Below are positions 10,221 through 21,325 of a stretch of DNA of 64,000 bases, in pieces. Made by a program: the position numbers and the translations under genes. Position 1 is the stretch's first letter. Every line of letters starts with the position of its first letter. Under the pieces are notes generated by a model, which was given only the letters and a program-made list of their open reading frames with translations, searched no databases and was not told where the DNA came from. The stretch lies in contig NZ_JAPSLH010000005.1 of NCBI RefSeq assembly GCF_031180965.1, forward strand, positions 150,284 through 214,283, written 5' to 3'. This stretch comes from Chelativorans sp. Its GTDB lineage: Bacteria > Pseudomonadota > Alphaproteobacteria > Rhizobiales > Rhizobiaceae.

Positions 10221-10996
10221 GCGAGCCGGTCCTCACCGCGCGCGGGCTGGTGAAACGCTTCGGCCGCGTCGTCGCACTCAACGGCGCCGATTTCGACCTT
10301 TATCCCGGTGAGATCCTTGCCGTGATCGGCGACAACGGCGCCGGCAAGTCGACGCTCATCAAGGCCATCTCCGGTGCCATCCGGCCGGACGAAGGGGAGA
10401 TCCGGCTCGAGGGCAAGCCCGTCAGCTTCCGCTCGCCGCTGGAGGCGCGCCAAGCGGGTATCGAGACCGTCTATCAAACCCTGGCGCTTTCGCCGGCGCT
10501 TTCCATTGCCGACAACATGTTCTTGGGCCGCGAGATCAGGAACCCCGGCTTCTGGGGGCGCTGGCTGCGCGCGCTCGACCGCGAGAAGATGGAGCGCATC
10601 GCGCGTGAGAAACTCTCGGACCTCGGCCTGATGACGATCCAGAATATCGGCCAGGCAGTGGAGACGCTTTCGGGCGGCCAGCGCCAGGGCGTGGCGGTGG
10701 CGCGCGCCGCCGCCTTCGGCTCCAAGGTCATCATCATGGACGAGCCGACGGCGGCGCTTGGCGTGAAGGAGTCCCGCCGCGTGCTGGACCTCATTCAGGA
10801 CGTGCGCTCGCGCGGGATGCCCATCGTGCTCATCTCGCACAACATGCCGCATGTGTTCGAGGTTGCCGACCGCATCCATGTGCACCGGCTCGGCCGGCGG
10901 CTCTGCGTCATCAGGCCGAAGGATTTCACGATGTCCGATGCGGTCGCCTTCATGACGGGCGCCAAGGAGCCGCCGGCCGAGGCGATGGCGGCTTGA
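10217..10996 (+). CDS. frcA: sugar ABC transporter ATP-binding protein
   Basis: [47 protein letters not shown] (Walker A), LSGGQRQGVAVARA (signature) and IIIMDEPTAAL (Walker B). The start was taken at the ATG at 10217 inside track ORF 9719..10996. Confidence 0.9.
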   Translation: MSEPVLTARGLVKRFGRVVALNGADFDLYPGEILAVIGDNGAGKSTLIKAISGAIRPDEGEIRLEGKPVSFRSPLEARQAGIETVYQTLALSPALSIADNMFLGREIRNPGFWGRWLRALDREKMERIAREKLSDLGLMTIQNIGQAVETLSGGQRQGVAVARAAAFGSKVIIMDEPTAALGVKESRRVLDLIQDVRSRGMPIVLISHNMPHVFEVADRIHVHRLGRRLCVIRPKDFTMSDAVAFMTGAKEPPAEAMAA

Positions 10997-11004
10997 GGTG
11001 AACT

Positions 11005-11961
11005 CTACTTTTGCGGGAGCGACGCCACCTGCTCCCGCGCAAGCTCCTGCAGGATCAGCTCCTTGAGCCTTTCGGCGAGCGGCGACAGCGGCCGGCTCTT
11101 AAGCGAAAGCAGGTGGTACGCGTCCACCACCAGCGGCTCACGGATCGGCAGGACGGCGAGCCCCAGGCCACCGCGGTTTCCCCCCAGAAGCTCGGAGACT
11201 TCGCGCGAGAGCGGCGCGATGGCATCGGAGGTGACGAGCAGCGCGATCATGGCGAGCAGCGACGTGGTGTTGATGATGTTGCGCGGCAGGGCTCCTCCCG
11301 CGGCAAGAAAAGCCTCCTCCACGACCACGCGCAAGGGCGAGCCGACCGACTGCAGGATCCATTCGTAGTCGCTGAGCTCGATGATCGACAGGGCGTTGAC
11401 ACTGGCAAGCGGGTGATCCCGGCGCACGACGAGGTCGACGGTCTCACTGCGGCCGGGCGCGATGAGAAAGTCGCGCGCGTCGAAGGGCGGCGGCACGCGG
11501 CCCAGCACGAAGTCGAAATGGCCGGCCATGAGATCGCGGATCAGCGTGTCGCTCGGCGCCACGTCGATATGCACATCGGCATTGGGGGAGGTGGCCTTCA
11601 GCTTCTGGATCGCCGGCACCACATAGCCGACCGCCGCGCCCGTCACGGCGCCCACGCGCACCCGGCCGCCCTTGCCCAATTTGAATTCCTCGACCTCGAC
11701 GATGGCCTCGCGCAGCTCCGTCAGCAGCGTCTCGGCGTGGCGGGCGAGAAGCCGGCCCACCTCGGTGGGGCTCATGCCCTTGGCGTGCCGGTCGAAGAGG
11801 GAGGCCCCGACGAGCCGCTCGATCTGCGTGAGCATGCGCGAGGCGGCGGGCTGCGTCATGGAGAGGGCCGCTGCCGCGGGGCTCAGCTGGCCGTGCTCGG
11901 CGATGGCGGCGATCAGGCGGAACTGGCTGAGCTTCAGCCTGGATGTGATGTCCTTGATCAT
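11005..11961 (-). CDS. gbpR: LysR-family transcriptional regulator, GbpR-like (divergent from chvE)
   Basis: Start at the internal ATG at 11961: MIKDITSRLKLSQFRLIAAIAEHGQLSPAAAALSMTQPAASRMLTQIERLVG (LysR HTH). Position and orientation match gbpR-chvE of Agrobacterium. Confidence 0.8.
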   Translation of the reverse strand: MIKDITSRLKLSQFRLIAAIAEHGQLSPAAAALSMTQPAASRMLTQIERLVGASLFDRHAKGMSPTEVGRLLARHAETLLTELREAIVEVEEFKLGKGGRVRVGAVTGAAVGYVVPAIQKLKATSPNADVHIDVAPSDTLIRDLMAGHFDFVLGRVPPPFDARDFLIAPGRSETVDLVVRRDHPLASVNALSIIELSDYEWILQSVGSPLRVVVEEAFLAAGGALPRNIINTTSLLAMIALLVTSDAIAPLSREVSELLGGNRGGLGLAVLPIREPLVVDAYHLLSLKSRPLSPLAERLKELILQELAREQVASLPQK

Positions 11962-12138
11962 TCCGCATTCATAGCATTTTGGGTATGAGTAAAAACCAAA
12001 AATGCATTTGATTGGTATAACCCTCGTCCAATAGGTTCGCCGGCGGATCAGGTGATCCAGTTCGTTCTTGCACACCACCACCGGGCGCGGTCAAATGTCA
12101 TCACATGGGGCCGTGCCCTGTGGCTATGGGAGGAATAA

Positions 12139-13206
12139 ATGAGAAAAATCACATCCATCTTCACGTCGCTTGCCTTGGGGGCGGCACTTTTCGCGGGCGC
12201 GGCTCAGGCGCAGGACAAGGGCCTGATCGGCATTGCCATGCCGACGAAATCCTCCGCGCGCTGGATTTCCGACGGCAACTCGATGGTCGAGCAGTTCCAG
12301 GCGGCCGGCTACCAGACCGACCTGCAATATGCCGAAGATGATATCCCGAACCAGCTCGCCCAGATCGAGAACATGATCACGAAGGGCGTCAATGTGCTGG
12401 TGATCGCGGCGATCGACGGCACGACGTTGTCCAACGCGCTGGAGAATGCGGCGGCGGCGGACATCAAGGTCATCGCCTATGACCGCCTGATCCGCGACAG
12501 CGAGCATGTCGACTACTACGCCACCTTTGATAATTTCCAGGTCGGCGTGCAGCAGGCGACCTCGCTGGTCGACGGCCTCAAGGAACGTTTCCCGGATCAG
12601 AAGCCGTGGAATGTCGAGCTCTTCGGCGGCTCGCCCGACGACAACAACGCCTTCTTCTTCTACGATGGCGCCATGTCGGTGCTGCAGCCGATGATCGACT
12701 CCGGCGAGATCGTCATCGGCTCCGGCCAGATGGGCATGGACAAGGTGGGAACGCTGCGCTGGGACGGCGCGGTTGCGCAGTCGCGCATGGACAACCTTCT
12801 GTCCGGCTACTACACGGACAAAGAGGTGCACGGCGTCCTGTCGCCCTATGACGGTCTGTCCATCGGCATCCTCTCCTCGCTCAAGGGCGTGGGCTACGGC
12901 TCGGGCGACCTGAAGATGCCGATCGTCACCGGCCAGGACGCGGAGGTCCCCTCGGTCAAGTCGATCCTCGCCGACGAGCAGTATTCCACCATCTTCAAGG
13001 ACACGCGCGAACTCGCCCGCGTCACGGTCGGCATGGTGGACGCGCTGCTTCAGGGCAGCGAGCCGGAGATCAACGACACCAAGACCTATGACAACGGCGT
13101 CAAGGTCGTCCCGTCCTATCTCCTGAAGCCCGTGCTGGTCGACAAGAGCAACTGGGAAGAGGTGCTGATCGGCAGCGGCTACTACACCAAGGATCAGGTC
13201 CAGTAA
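12139..13206 (+). CDS. chvE: multiple-sugar (galactose/arabinose/glucose) periplasmic binding protein ChvE
   Basis: 355 aa. Long stretches match my recollection of Agrobacterium ChvE: [142 protein letters not shown]...[34 protein letters not shown]. Confidence 0.95.
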   Translation: MRKITSIFTSLALGAALFAGAAQAQDKGLIGIAMPTKSSARWISDGNSMVEQFQAAGYQTDLQYAEDDIPNQLAQIENMITKGVNVLVIAAIDGTTLSNALENAAAADIKVIAYDRLIRDSEHVDYYATFDNFQVGVQQATSLVDGLKERFPDQKPWNVELFGGSPDDNNAFFFYDGAMSVLQPMIDSGEIVIGSGQMGMDKVGTLRWDGAVAQSRMDNLLSGYYTDKEVHGVLSPYDGLSIGILSSLKGVGYGSGDLKMPIVTGQDAEVPSVKSILADEQYSTIFKDTRELARVTVGMVDALLQGSEPEINDTKTYDNGVKVVPSYLLKPVLVDKSNWEEVLIGSGYYTKDQVQ

Positions 13207-13225
13207 CGAACAAGACCCTGATCCC

Positions 13226-13252
13226 GGCCCTCCCGCAGCAACGCGGCGGGCC
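13226..13252 (+). other. imperfect GC hairpin between chvE and gguA
   Basis: GGCCCTCCCGC-agcaac-GCGGCGGGCC followed by CTTT. About 9 paired positions with one mismatch and one bulge. Confidence 0.35.
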
Positions 13253-13272
13253 CTTTGGCTATGGAAGCTCCG

Positions 13273-14793
13273 ATGGAACCCATTCTGGAGATGCGCGGCA
13301 TCACCAAGAGCTTTCCGGGCGTGAAGGCTCTGGACGACGTCAATCTGAAGGTCTCGCATGGCGAGATCCATGCGCTGGTCGGCGAGAACGGCGCCGGCAA
13401 GTCGACGCTGATGAAGGTGCTCTCCGGCGTCTATCCGCACGGCTCCTATGAGGGCGAGATCGTCTTCGACGGCCGGCCGGTCGCCTTCTCCGGAATATCC
13501 GACAGCGAGAAGATCGGCATCATCATCATCCATCAGGAGCTGGCGCTGGTGCCGCTCCTCTCCATCGCCGAGAACATTTTCCTCGGCAACGAGATCGCAA
13601 AGGGCGGCGTCATCGACTGGTCCGAGACCAATGCGCGCACCGACAGGCTCTTGAGGAAAGTGGGCCTGAAGGAAAGCCCGGCAACCCGGGTGGACACGCT
13701 CGGCGTCGGCAAGCAGCAGCTGGTCGAGATCGCAAAGGCCCTGTCCAAGGAAGTGAAGCTGCTCATTCTGGACGAGCCGACGGCGGCCCTGCAGGAGAAC
13801 GACAGTGCGAAGCTTCTCGATCTGCTGCTGGACTTCAAGGCGCAGGGCATTTCCTCCATCCTGATCTCGCACAAGCTCAACGAGGTGAGCCGCGTCGCCG
13901 ACACCATCACCGTCCTGCGCGACGGCAGGACCGTTTCGACGCTCGACTGCCACAAGGAGAAGATCAGCGAGGAGCGCATCATCCGCGACATGGTGGGCCG
14001 GGACCTCGCGCACCGCTATCCCGAGCGCACGCCGAAGATCGGCGCGACACTGCTCGAGGTGACGGGCTGGAATGTCTGGCATCCGCTCCAGTCGGACCGG
14101 CAGATGATCCGCGATGTCTCCCTGCGCGTCGCCGAGGGGGAGGTGGTGGGCATTGCCGGGCTGATGGGCTCCGGGCGCACGGAGCTTGCCATGAGCCTCT
14201 TCGGCCACAGCTATGGCCGCAATATTTCCGGAACGGTGAAGCTGCGCGGCAAGGAGATCGACGTTTCCAGCGTCAACCGGGCGATCGCCAACGGGCTTGC
14301 CTATGTGACCGAGGACCGCAAGGCGCTGGGCCTGATCCTCGAAGAGAACATGCTGCGCAACGTCACCCTCGCCAATCTGCTGCGCGTGGCGAAGAACGGC
14401 GTCATCGACAATGCCGAGGAGCGGCAGGTGGCGGAGCGCTACCGCAAGGCGCTCGGCGTGCGCACCCCGACTGTTTTCCAGAAGGTGATGAACCTTTCCG
14501 GCGGCAACCAGCAGAAGGTGGTGCTCGCCAAGTGGCTTTTCACGGAGCCCGAGGTGCTGATTCTGGACGAACCCACGCGCGGCATCGATGTCGGCGCGAA
14601 GTTCGAGATCTATGGCATCATCAACGAGCTTGCGGGGCAGGGGAAAGGCGTCGTCATGATATCCTCGGAAATGCCGGAACTGCTCGGCATGTGCGATCGC
14701 ATCTATGTCATGAACGAGGGCGCGATCGTCGGCGAGCTCGCGGGCATCGAGGCGAGCCAGGAAAAGATCATGTCCATGATCGTGAGGTCATAA
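13273..14793 (+). CDS. gguA: multiple-sugar ABC transporter ATP-binding protein (two fused ATPase domains)
   Basis: [55 protein letters not shown] plus a second ABC domain. In-frame ATGs also at 13255 and 13261. 13273 is preferred because the upstream hairpin overlaps the earlier ATGs. Confidence 0.9.
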   Translation: MEPILEMRGITKSFPGVKALDDVNLKVSHGEIHALVGENGAGKSTLMKVLSGVYPHGSYEGEIVFDGRPVAFSGISDSEKIGIIIIHQELALVPLLSIAENIFLGNEIAKGGVIDWSETNARTDRLLRKVGLKESPATRVDTLGVGKQQLVEIAKALSKEVKLLILDEPTAALQENDSAKLLDLLLDFKAQGISSILISHKLNEVSRVADTITVLRDGRTVSTLDCHKEKISEERIIRDMVGRDLAHRYPERTPKIGATLLEVTGWNVWHPLQSDRQMIRDVSLRVAEGEVVGIAGLMGSGRTELAMSLFGHSYGRNISGTVKLRGKEIDVSSVNRAIANGLAYVTEDRKALGLILEENMLRNVTLANLLRVAKNGVIDNAEERQVAERYRKALGVRTPTVFQKVMNLSGGNQQKVVLAKWLFTEPEVLILDEPTRGIDVGAKFEIYGIINELAGQGKGVVMISSEMPELLGMCDRIYVMNEGAIVGELAGIEASQEKIMSMIVRS

Positions 14794-14797
14794 GCCA

Positions 14798-16030
14798 ATG
14801 TCCGAATTATCCGCTCGCGAGACGAAACCGGCCGAGGGGCTGGGCGAGGCCAAGGCAGCCGGTGCCGCGGTTTCGATCGCCACCCATCTGCAGAACCACC
14901 TGCGCGAATACGGCATGCTGCTCGCGCTCATCGTCATCATGGGCTTCTTCCAGGTGGTGACCGACGGCACGCTCATGCGGCCGGTGAACCTTACAAACCT
15001 GATCCTGCAGAACAGCTACATCGTCATCATGGCGCTCGGCATGCTGCTGGTCATCGTCGCCGGCCATATCGATCTTTCGGTGGGTTCGGTGGCGGGGTTT
15101 GTCGGCGCGGTGGCGGCGGTAATGCTGGTGCAGTACGACCTTGCGCCGGCCCTGGTCGTCCCCGCCTGCCTCATCCTCGGCATCATGATCGGCGCGGCTC
15201 AGGGCTATTGGATCGCCTATTGGCGCATCCCCTCCTTCATCGTCACGTTGGCCGGGATGCTCGTTTTCCGCGGGCTAACCCTCTGGGTTCTCGCTGGCCA
15301 GTCGGTCGGGCCGTTCCCGCGCTCCTTCCAGCTGCTCAGCACCGGCTTCATCCCCGACATCTTTGGCGTCGGCCGGCCAAATGTGACGGCGATCCTGCTG
15401 GGCGCCGCCACGGCGGCAATCCTCGTTTTCATGGCCATGCGCAACCGCCAGCGCCATATGCGCTACGGTACCGAGGACGAGCCCTTTGCCTTCTTCGTCG
15501 CCAAGAACGGGTTCATCGCCGCGGCGATCATCTTCCTTTCCTACCTGCTCGCCACCTATCGCGGCTTCCCCAACGTGCTCATCACCATGGCGGTGCTGAC
15601 GGTGATCTACACGTTCCTGACGAACTCCACGACGGTCGGCCGCCGCGTCTATGCGCTGGGCGGCAATGAGAAGGCGGCGAAGCTCTCGGGCATCCGCACG
15701 GAACGGCTGACCTTCCTGACCTTCGCCAATATGGGCATGCTGGCGGCCCTTGCAGGCCTCATCTTCGCCGCCCGCCTCAATACGGCTACGCCCAAGGCGG
15801 GCGTCGGCTTCGAGCTCGACGTGATCGCCGCCGTCTTCATCGGCGGCGCCTCCATGTCCGGCGGCGTCGGCAAGATCGTCGGCGCGGTGGTCGGCGCCTT
15901 CATCATGGGCGTGATGAACAACGGCATGTCCATCCTCGGCATCGGCATCGATTACCAGCAGGTCATCAAGGGGCTCGTGCTGCTCGCGGCGGTGATCTTC
16001 GACGTCTACAACAAGAACAAGGCGGCCTGA
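14798..16030 (+). CDS. gguB: multiple-sugar ABC transporter permease
   Basis: 410 aa polytopic permease immediately after gguA. Confidence 0.9.
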   Translation: MSELSARETKPAEGLGEAKAAGAAVSIATHLQNHLREYGMLLALIVIMGFFQVVTDGTLMRPVNLTNLILQNSYIVIMALGMLLVIVAGHIDLSVGSVAGFVGAVAAVMLVQYDLAPALVVPACLILGIMIGAAQGYWIAYWRIPSFIVTLAGMLVFRGLTLWVLAGQSVGPFPRSFQLLSTGFIPDIFGVGRPNVTAILLGAATAAILVFMAMRNRQRHMRYGTEDEPFAFFVAKNGFIAAAIIFLSYLLATYRGFPNVLITMAVLTVIYTFLTNSTTVGRRVYALGGNEKAAKLSGIRTERLTFLTFANMGMLAALAGLIFAARLNTATPKAGVGFELDVIAAVFIGGASMSGGVGKIVGAVVGAFIMGVMNNGMSILGIGIDYQQVIKGLVLLAAVIFDVYNKNKAA

Positions 16031-16033
16031 CCC

Positions 16034-17005
16034 ATGCATCTGTCACAATTGAAGAGGGGCGGCGTGATCTGCCGCCGGGGCACCGACGCCCGGCTGGTGA
16101 ACGGAGCGGAGAGCACCTATGCCCTGGCCAAGGAGGCGATAGAGGCCGGCCAGAAGCTTGCGGCGGTGATCGAGCGCCACGGCTTCGGCGAGGCGGTGGA
16201 CCTGGAAAGGCTGGCTGCCGAGGGTGCGCTCGACGTTCCCGTCCGCCATCCCGATCCGGCGCACATGTTCCTGACGGGCACGGGCCTGACCCATCTGGGC
16301 TCGGCCTCGGCGCGCGACGCCATGCACGCCGCGGCCGACACGGCCGGGATGACGGACTCCATGAAGATGTTCCGCATGGGAATTGAGGGCGGCAAGCCCA
16401 AGCCCGGCGAGACCGGCGTGCAGCCCGAATGGTTTTATAAAGGCACGGGCATCAATGCCGTCGCATGCGGCGACCCGCTCGTCTCGCCCGACTGCGCGCT
16501 GGATGGCGGCGAGGAGCCGGAGATCGCCGGCTTCTACCTCGTCGGCAGGGATTGCAGGCCCTTCCGTATCGGCTTTTCCCTGGCGAACGAGTTCTCCGAC
16601 CATGTGACCGAGCGCATCAATTATCTCTACCTTGCGCACTCCAAGCTGCGGCCTGCCTCCTTCGGCCCCGAGCTTCTGGTGGGCGACCTTCCGGCCGACA
16701 TACGCGGCACCTCGCGCATTCTGCGCGACGGCAAGGTGATCTGGGAGAAGGAGTTCCTTTCCGGCGAGAAGAACATGTCCCATACCATCGCCAATCTGGA
16801 GCACCATCACTTCAAATACGCGCTCTTCTGCCAGCCGGGCGACCTGCATGTGCACATGTTCGGGACCGCGACGCTGTCCTTTGCGGACGGCATTTCCTGC
16901 GGCGAGGGCGACGTCTTCGAGATTTCCTCCCCCGATTTCGGCCTGCCTCTGAGAAATCCCCACGCGCGGGAAGAAAAGCGCGAGACCAGGGTCACGGCTC
17001 TCTAG
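16034..17005 (+). CDS. gguC: GguC-like protein (proposed fumarylacetoacetate-hydrolase-like fold; candidate 2-keto-3-deoxy-pentonate dehydratase)
   Basis: 323 aa in the gguC position directly after gguAB. The functional assignment is inference from context. Confidence 0.65.
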   Translation: MHLSQLKRGGVICRRGTDARLVNGAESTYALAKEAIEAGQKLAAVIERHGFGEAVDLERLAAEGALDVPVRHPDPAHMFLTGTGLTHLGSASARDAMHAAADTAGMTDSMKMFRMGIEGGKPKPGETGVQPEWFYKGTGINAVACGDPLVSPDCALDGGEEPEIAGFYLVGRDCRPFRIGFSLANEFSDHVTERINYLYLAHSKLRPASFGPELLVGDLPADIRGTSRILRDGKVIWEKEFLSGEKNMSHTIANLEHHHFKYALFCQPGDLHVHMFGTATLSFADGISCGEGDVFEISSPDFGLPLRNPHAREEKRETRVTAL

Positions 17006-17060
17006 GTCACCAGAGCGAATTTCAACACAATCCGGATGGCGGACCGGAAGGAGCCTACGA

Positions 17061-18806
17061 ATGACCACCTTCACCCCAAAGCCGTGGCCGAGGAAACTTA
17101 GGTCGCAGGAGTGGTTCGGCGGCACCTCGCGCGACCACATCTATCATCGCTCGTGGATGAAGAACCAAGGCCTGCCGGCCGATCTCTTCGATGGGCGGCC
17201 GGTGATCGGCATCTGCAATACCTGGTCGCAGCTCACTCCTTGCAATGCGCATCTGCGCGATTTGGCCGAGCGGGTGAAGCACGGCATCTACGAGGCGGGC
17301 GGCCTGCCGCTGGAATTCCCGGTCTTCTCCCCCGGCGAGAGCGCGCTGCGCCCCACCGCCATGATGTATCGCAACCTTGCGGCCATGGATGTGGAGGAGG
17401 CGCTGCGCGCCAATCCGCTCGACGGCGTCGTGCTGCTTGCGGGCTGCGACAAGACCACGCCGGCGCTCCTGATGGGCGCGGCGAGCGTCGACATCCCGGC
17501 TATCCTCGTCTCCGGCGGCCCGATGCTCAATGGCTGGTTCCGCGGCGAGCGCGTCGGCTCCGGCACGGCGCTCTGGCAGATGTCGGAGGCCATCAAGGCC
17601 GGCACCATGACGAAGGAGGATTTCTTGGATGCCGAGCAGGCCATGAGCCGCTCGCCCGGCTCCTGCAACACCATGGGCACGGCGTCCACCATGGCATCCA
17701 TGGCGGAAGCGCTGGGCATGGCGCTTTCCGGCAATGCCGCCATCCCCGCCGTCGACAGCCGCCGGCGCGTGGTCGCGCATCTGTCGGGCCGGCGCATCGT
17801 TCAGATGGTGAAGGACGACCTGAAGCCGTCGGACATCCTGACACGCGAGGCCTTCGAGAACGCCATCCGCGTCAACGGGGCGATCGGCGGCTCGACCAAT
17901 GCGGTGATCCATCTGCTTGCGATCGCCGGGCGTGTGGGCGTGGAACTGACACTCGACGATTGGGACAGGCTCGGCCGGGACGTGCCGACGATCGTCAACC
18001 TGATGCCATCGGGCAAATACCTAATGGAGGAGTTCTTTTACGCTGGCGGGCTGCCCGTGGTGATAAAAATGCTGGGCGAGGGCGGCAAGCTCCACAAGCA
18101 AGCGCTCACCGTCTCCGGCGGCCCGATCTGGGACGAGGTGAAGGACGTCAAGAACTGGAACGACGACGTCATCCGCCCCGTGGAGAAGGCGTTGACGCCG
18201 CAGGGCGGCATCGCGGTGCTGCGCGGCAATCTGGCGCCGAGGGGTGCGGTGCTGAAACCGTCAGCCGCCTCGCCTCATCTGATGCATCATCGCGGCCGCG
18301 CCGTCGTTTTCGAGGACATCGACGACTACAAGGCCAAGATCAATGACGAAGCGCTCGACGTGGACGAGACCTGCGTGCTCGTGCTGAAGAACTGCGGCCC
18401 GCGCGGCTATCCCGGCATGGCCGAGGTCGGCAATATGGGCCTGCCGCCGAAAGTGCTGCGGAAGGGCATAACCGATATGGTGCGCATCTCCGACGCCCGG
18501 ATGTCCGGCACGGCCTATGGAACGGTTGTGCTGCACACCTCTCCGGAAGCGGCGATGGGCGGACCGCTCGCCGTAGTCAGGAACGGTGACATGATCGAGC
18601 TAGACGTGGCGAACCGGCGGCTCCATCTCGACATTTCCGATGCCGAGCTTCAGCGCCGGCTTGCTGCCTGGAAGCCCATCGTCGACCGCCCGAAAGGCGG
18701 CTATGCCCAGCTCTTCCACGAGCATGTTCAGGGCGCCGACACGGGCGCCGACTTCGACTTCCTGAAGGGCTGCCGCGGGGCGCCCATCCCGAAGGATTCG
18801 CACTGA
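17061..18806 (+). CDS. IlvD/Edd-family sugar-acid dehydratase, L-arabinonate (/D-galactonate) dehydratase-like
   Basis: 581 aa; LRSQEWFGG...PVIGICNTWSQLTPCNAHLRDLAERVKHGIYEAGGLPLEFPV, CDKTTPA, SPGSCNTMGTASTM (Fe-S cluster cysteines of the family). Confidence 0.85.
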   Translation: MTTFTPKPWPRKLRSQEWFGGTSRDHIYHRSWMKNQGLPADLFDGRPVIGICNTWSQLTPCNAHLRDLAERVKHGIYEAGGLPLEFPVFSPGESALRPTAMMYRNLAAMDVEEALRANPLDGVVLLAGCDKTTPALLMGAASVDIPAILVSGGPMLNGWFRGERVGSGTALWQMSEAIKAGTMTKEDFLDAEQAMSRSPGSCNTMGTASTMASMAEALGMALSGNAAIPAVDSRRRVVAHLSGRRIVQMVKDDLKPSDILTREAFENAIRVNGAIGGSTNAVIHLLAIAGRVGVELTLDDWDRLGRDVPTIVNLMPSGKYLMEEFFYAGGLPVVIKMLGEGGKLHKQALTVSGGPIWDEVKDVKNWNDDVIRPVEKALTPQGGIAVLRGNLAPRGAVLKPSAASPHLMHHRGRAVVFEDIDDYKAKINDEALDVDETCVLVLKNCGPRGYPGMAEVGNMGLPPKVLRKGITDMVRISDARMSGTAYGTVVLHTSPEAAMGGPLAVVRNGDMIELDVANRRLHLDISDAELQRRLAAWKPIVDRPKGGYAQLFHEHVQGADTGADFDFLKGCRGAPIPKDSH

Positions 18807-18818
18807 GGAGGGGAGGAT

Positions 18819-19751
18819 ATGGTGAGCCAGGCTGGCACCAAAATTGCCGTTGTCGGCGTCGGCAAGATCGCCCGCGACCAGCATCTGCCGTCCATCGAGC
18901 GCTCGTCCGAGTTCGAGCTTGCCGCGGCGGTCAGCCGGCACGGCCGGGTAGAAGGTCTAGACAACTATACAAATCTCGAAACCATGCTGCGCGAGCGGGC
19001 GGACATTCCTGCCGTCGCGCTGTGCGTGCCGCCCGAGCCGCGGTACGAAATGGCGGTGGCGGCGCTGAAGGCCGGCCGCCATGTGCTGCTCGAGAAGCCG
19101 CCGGGCACGACGGTCGGCGAGGTCGAGGCCCTGATCCACCTTTCGCGCGAGAAGAACGTGACGCTCTTTGCCACCTGGCATTCGCGCTTCGCGCCCTGTG
19201 TAGAGCCCGCGCGGCAATGGCTCCAGGGCAAGAAGATCCGCCATGTCGAGATCGTCTGGAAGGAAGATGTGCGGCGCTGGCATCCGGGTCAGGCCTGGAT
19301 CTGGGAAGCCGGCGGCTTCGGCGTTTTCGATCCTGGGATCAACGCGCTGTCGATCCTGACCGCCATCGTGCCGCCGGTCTTCGTCACCGGAGCCACCTTG
19401 AAAGTGCCGCAGAACTTCCAGACCCCGATCGCGGCCGAGCTCACCATGCGCAGCCTCGCGGGCTTCGAGGTCACGGCCGATTTCGATTGGCGCCAGGAAG
19501 GGCCGCAGACCTGGGAGATCCGCATCGAGACGGATGCCGGCCTGCTGGTGCTTGCCGATGGCGGGTCTAGGATGTCGATCGACGGCTCCTCCCACCCGGG
19601 CGGGCTGGAGGCCGAATATGACGGCATCTATCACCGCTTCGCCGAGCTCCTGAAGGCGGGCGAGAGCGATGTCGATCTTGCGCCGCTGAAGCTTGTCGCG
19701 GACGCTTTTCTTCTCGGCCGAACGATGGACGTGGAAGCCTTCCACGAATAG
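18819..19751 (+). CDS. Gfo/Idh/MocA-family sugar 1-dehydrogenase (L-arabinose / D-galactose 1-dehydrogenase-like)
   Basis: 310 aa; N-terminal Rossmann KIAVVGVGKIARDQHLPSI, EKPPG motif. Context with the dehydratase and KGSADH genes. Confidence 0.75.
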   Translation: MVSQAGTKIAVVGVGKIARDQHLPSIERSSEFELAAAVSRHGRVEGLDNYTNLETMLRERADIPAVALCVPPEPRYEMAVAALKAGRHVLLEKPPGTTVGEVEALIHLSREKNVTLFATWHSRFAPCVEPARQWLQGKKIRHVEIVWKEDVRRWHPGQAWIWEAGGFGVFDPGINALSILTAIVPPVFVTGATLKVPQNFQTPIAAELTMRSLAGFEVTADFDWRQEGPQTWEIRIETDAGLLVLADGGSRMSIDGSSHPGGLEAEYDGIYHRFAELLKAGESDVDLAPLKLVADAFLLGRTMDVEAFHE

Positions 19752-19792
19752 ATAACGGTCGATCCTTCTCACTGCCGATCACGGAGTTAGCG

Positions 19793-21316
19793 ATGTCCCA
19801 GTTCAAGCCGCGTGGAAAGCACCTGATCGCCGGCGAGTGGGTCGGTGGCGAAAAGACGTTCCCGTCCGACCCGGTCACCGGCCCGGCGCACAGCTTCGCC
19901 GTGGGGACGGCAGCCGAGGTCGACCGCGCCGCGAAGGCGGCGGAGGAAGCCTTCTGGACCTATGGCGCTACCAGCCGCGAAAACCGCGCCGCGTTTCTCA
20001 ACGCCATCGCCGACGAGATCGAGGCGCGGGCCGAGGCCATCACTGAGATCGCCAGCCAGGAAACGGGCCTGCCCGAGGCGCGCGTCAATGGCGAGCGCGG
20101 CCGGACGACCGGGCAGCTGCGGCTGTTTGCGAAGCATATCGTGAAGGGCGAATATCTCGACCGCCGGCACGACCCGGCCAATCCGGACCGCCAGCCAGCG
20201 CCGAAGCCGGACCTGAAGCTGATGCAGCTTCCCATCGGCCCCGTTGGCGTGTTTGGTGCATCGAATTTCCCGCTCGCCTTCTCCACCGCGGGCGGCGACA
20301 CTGCCTCGGCGCTTGCCGCCGGCTGCCCGGTGATCGTGAAGGGGCACCAGGCCCATCCCGGCACGGGCGAGCTGGTCGCCGAGGCGATCGATGCGGCGAT
20401 CAGGAAGACGGGTCAGCATCCGGGCGTCTTCTCGCTGATCCAGAGCAATATCCGCGAGGCCGGTGAGGCGCTGGTGACGCATCCGCTGATCAAGGCGGTT
20501 GGCTTCACCGGCTCTACCGGGGGCGGGCGCGCTCTCTTCAACCTTGCTGCGAGCCGGCCCGAGCCCATCCCCTTCTACGGCGAGCTCGGCTCGATCAATC
20601 CGCAGTTCCTGCTGCCCGCAGCCCTTGCAGCCCGCGGCGAGAAGATTGCCCAAGGCTGGGCCGCCTCCCTGACCATGGGCGTTGGCCAGTTCTGCACCAA
20701 TCCCGGCGTGGCTATCGCCGTAGACGGCGCGCCGGTGGACGAGTTTTTGCAGGCGGCGCAGGTTGCCCTTGAAAAGGTGCTGGAGCAGCCGATGCTGACC
20801 GCGGGCATCGCCGATGCCTATCGCCGGGGCCGCGATCGCCTCACCGGGCTCAACTGCATCCGGGCGCGGCTCGCCTCGAAGTCGGACGGGCGCAATGCCG
20901 GGCCGGACCTTCTGGAGACCACCGGCGACGAATGGCTTGCGCATCCGGAACTGCATGAGGAGGTATTCGGACCGTTCGGGATCCTCGTGCGGGCCAAGAA
21001 TATGGACCAGATGCAGGAGATAGCCCGGGGCATCGAAGGCCAGCTCACCTGCACCCTGCACATGGACGAGGCGGATGTCCCGCTCGCCGCATCGTTGATG
21101 CCCATCCTGCAGCGCAAGGCGGGGCGCCTGATCGCCAACGGCTTTCCCACAGGCGTCGAGGTGAGCGACGCGATGATGCATGGCGGCCCGTATCCGGCGA
21201 GCACCAACGCCTCCACCACCTCCGTCGGCACGCTGGCGATCCGCCGCTTCCTGCGCCCGGTCGCGTTCCAGGACATGCCGGCGGCCCTGCTGCCGGCCGA
21301 ACTCCAGAGCCTTTGA
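19793..21316 (+). CDS. aldehyde dehydrogenase, alpha-ketoglutarate semialdehyde (2,5-dioxovalerate) dehydrogenase-like
   Basis: 507 aa; GVFGASNFPLAFSTAGGDTASALAAGCPVIVKGH and GVGQFCTNPG (catalytic Cys) are typical of the KGSADH subgroup. Confidence 0.8.
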   Translation: MSQFKPRGKHLIAGEWVGGEKTFPSDPVTGPAHSFAVGTAAEVDRAAKAAEEAFWTYGATSRENRAAFLNAIADEIEARAEAITEIASQETGLPEARVNGERGRTTGQLRLFAKHIVKGEYLDRRHDPANPDRQPAPKPDLKLMQLPIGPVGVFGASNFPLAFSTAGGDTASALAAGCPVIVKGHQAHPGTGELVAEAIDAAIRKTGQHPGVFSLIQSNIREAGEALVTHPLIKAVGFTGSTGGGRALFNLAASRPEPIPFYGELGSINPQFLLPAALAARGEKIAQGWAASLTMGVGQFCTNPGVAIAVDGAPVDEFLQAAQVALEKVLEQPMLTAGIADAYRRGRDRLTGLNCIRARLASKSDGRNAGPDLLETTGDEWLAHPELHEEVFGPFGILVRAKNMDQMQEIARGIEGQLTCTLHMDEADVPLAASLMPILQRKAGRLIANGFPTGVEVSDAMMHGGPYPASTNASTTSVGTLAIRRFLRPVAFQDMPAALLPAELQSL

Positions 21317-21325
21317 GGCAAGGCC

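Noticed and set aside
12124-14208. 694-aa minus-strand ORF across chvE and gguA
   Set aside because: The opposite strand encodes unmistakable ChvE and GguA. The antisense product is low-complexity (R/A/D/L/G).
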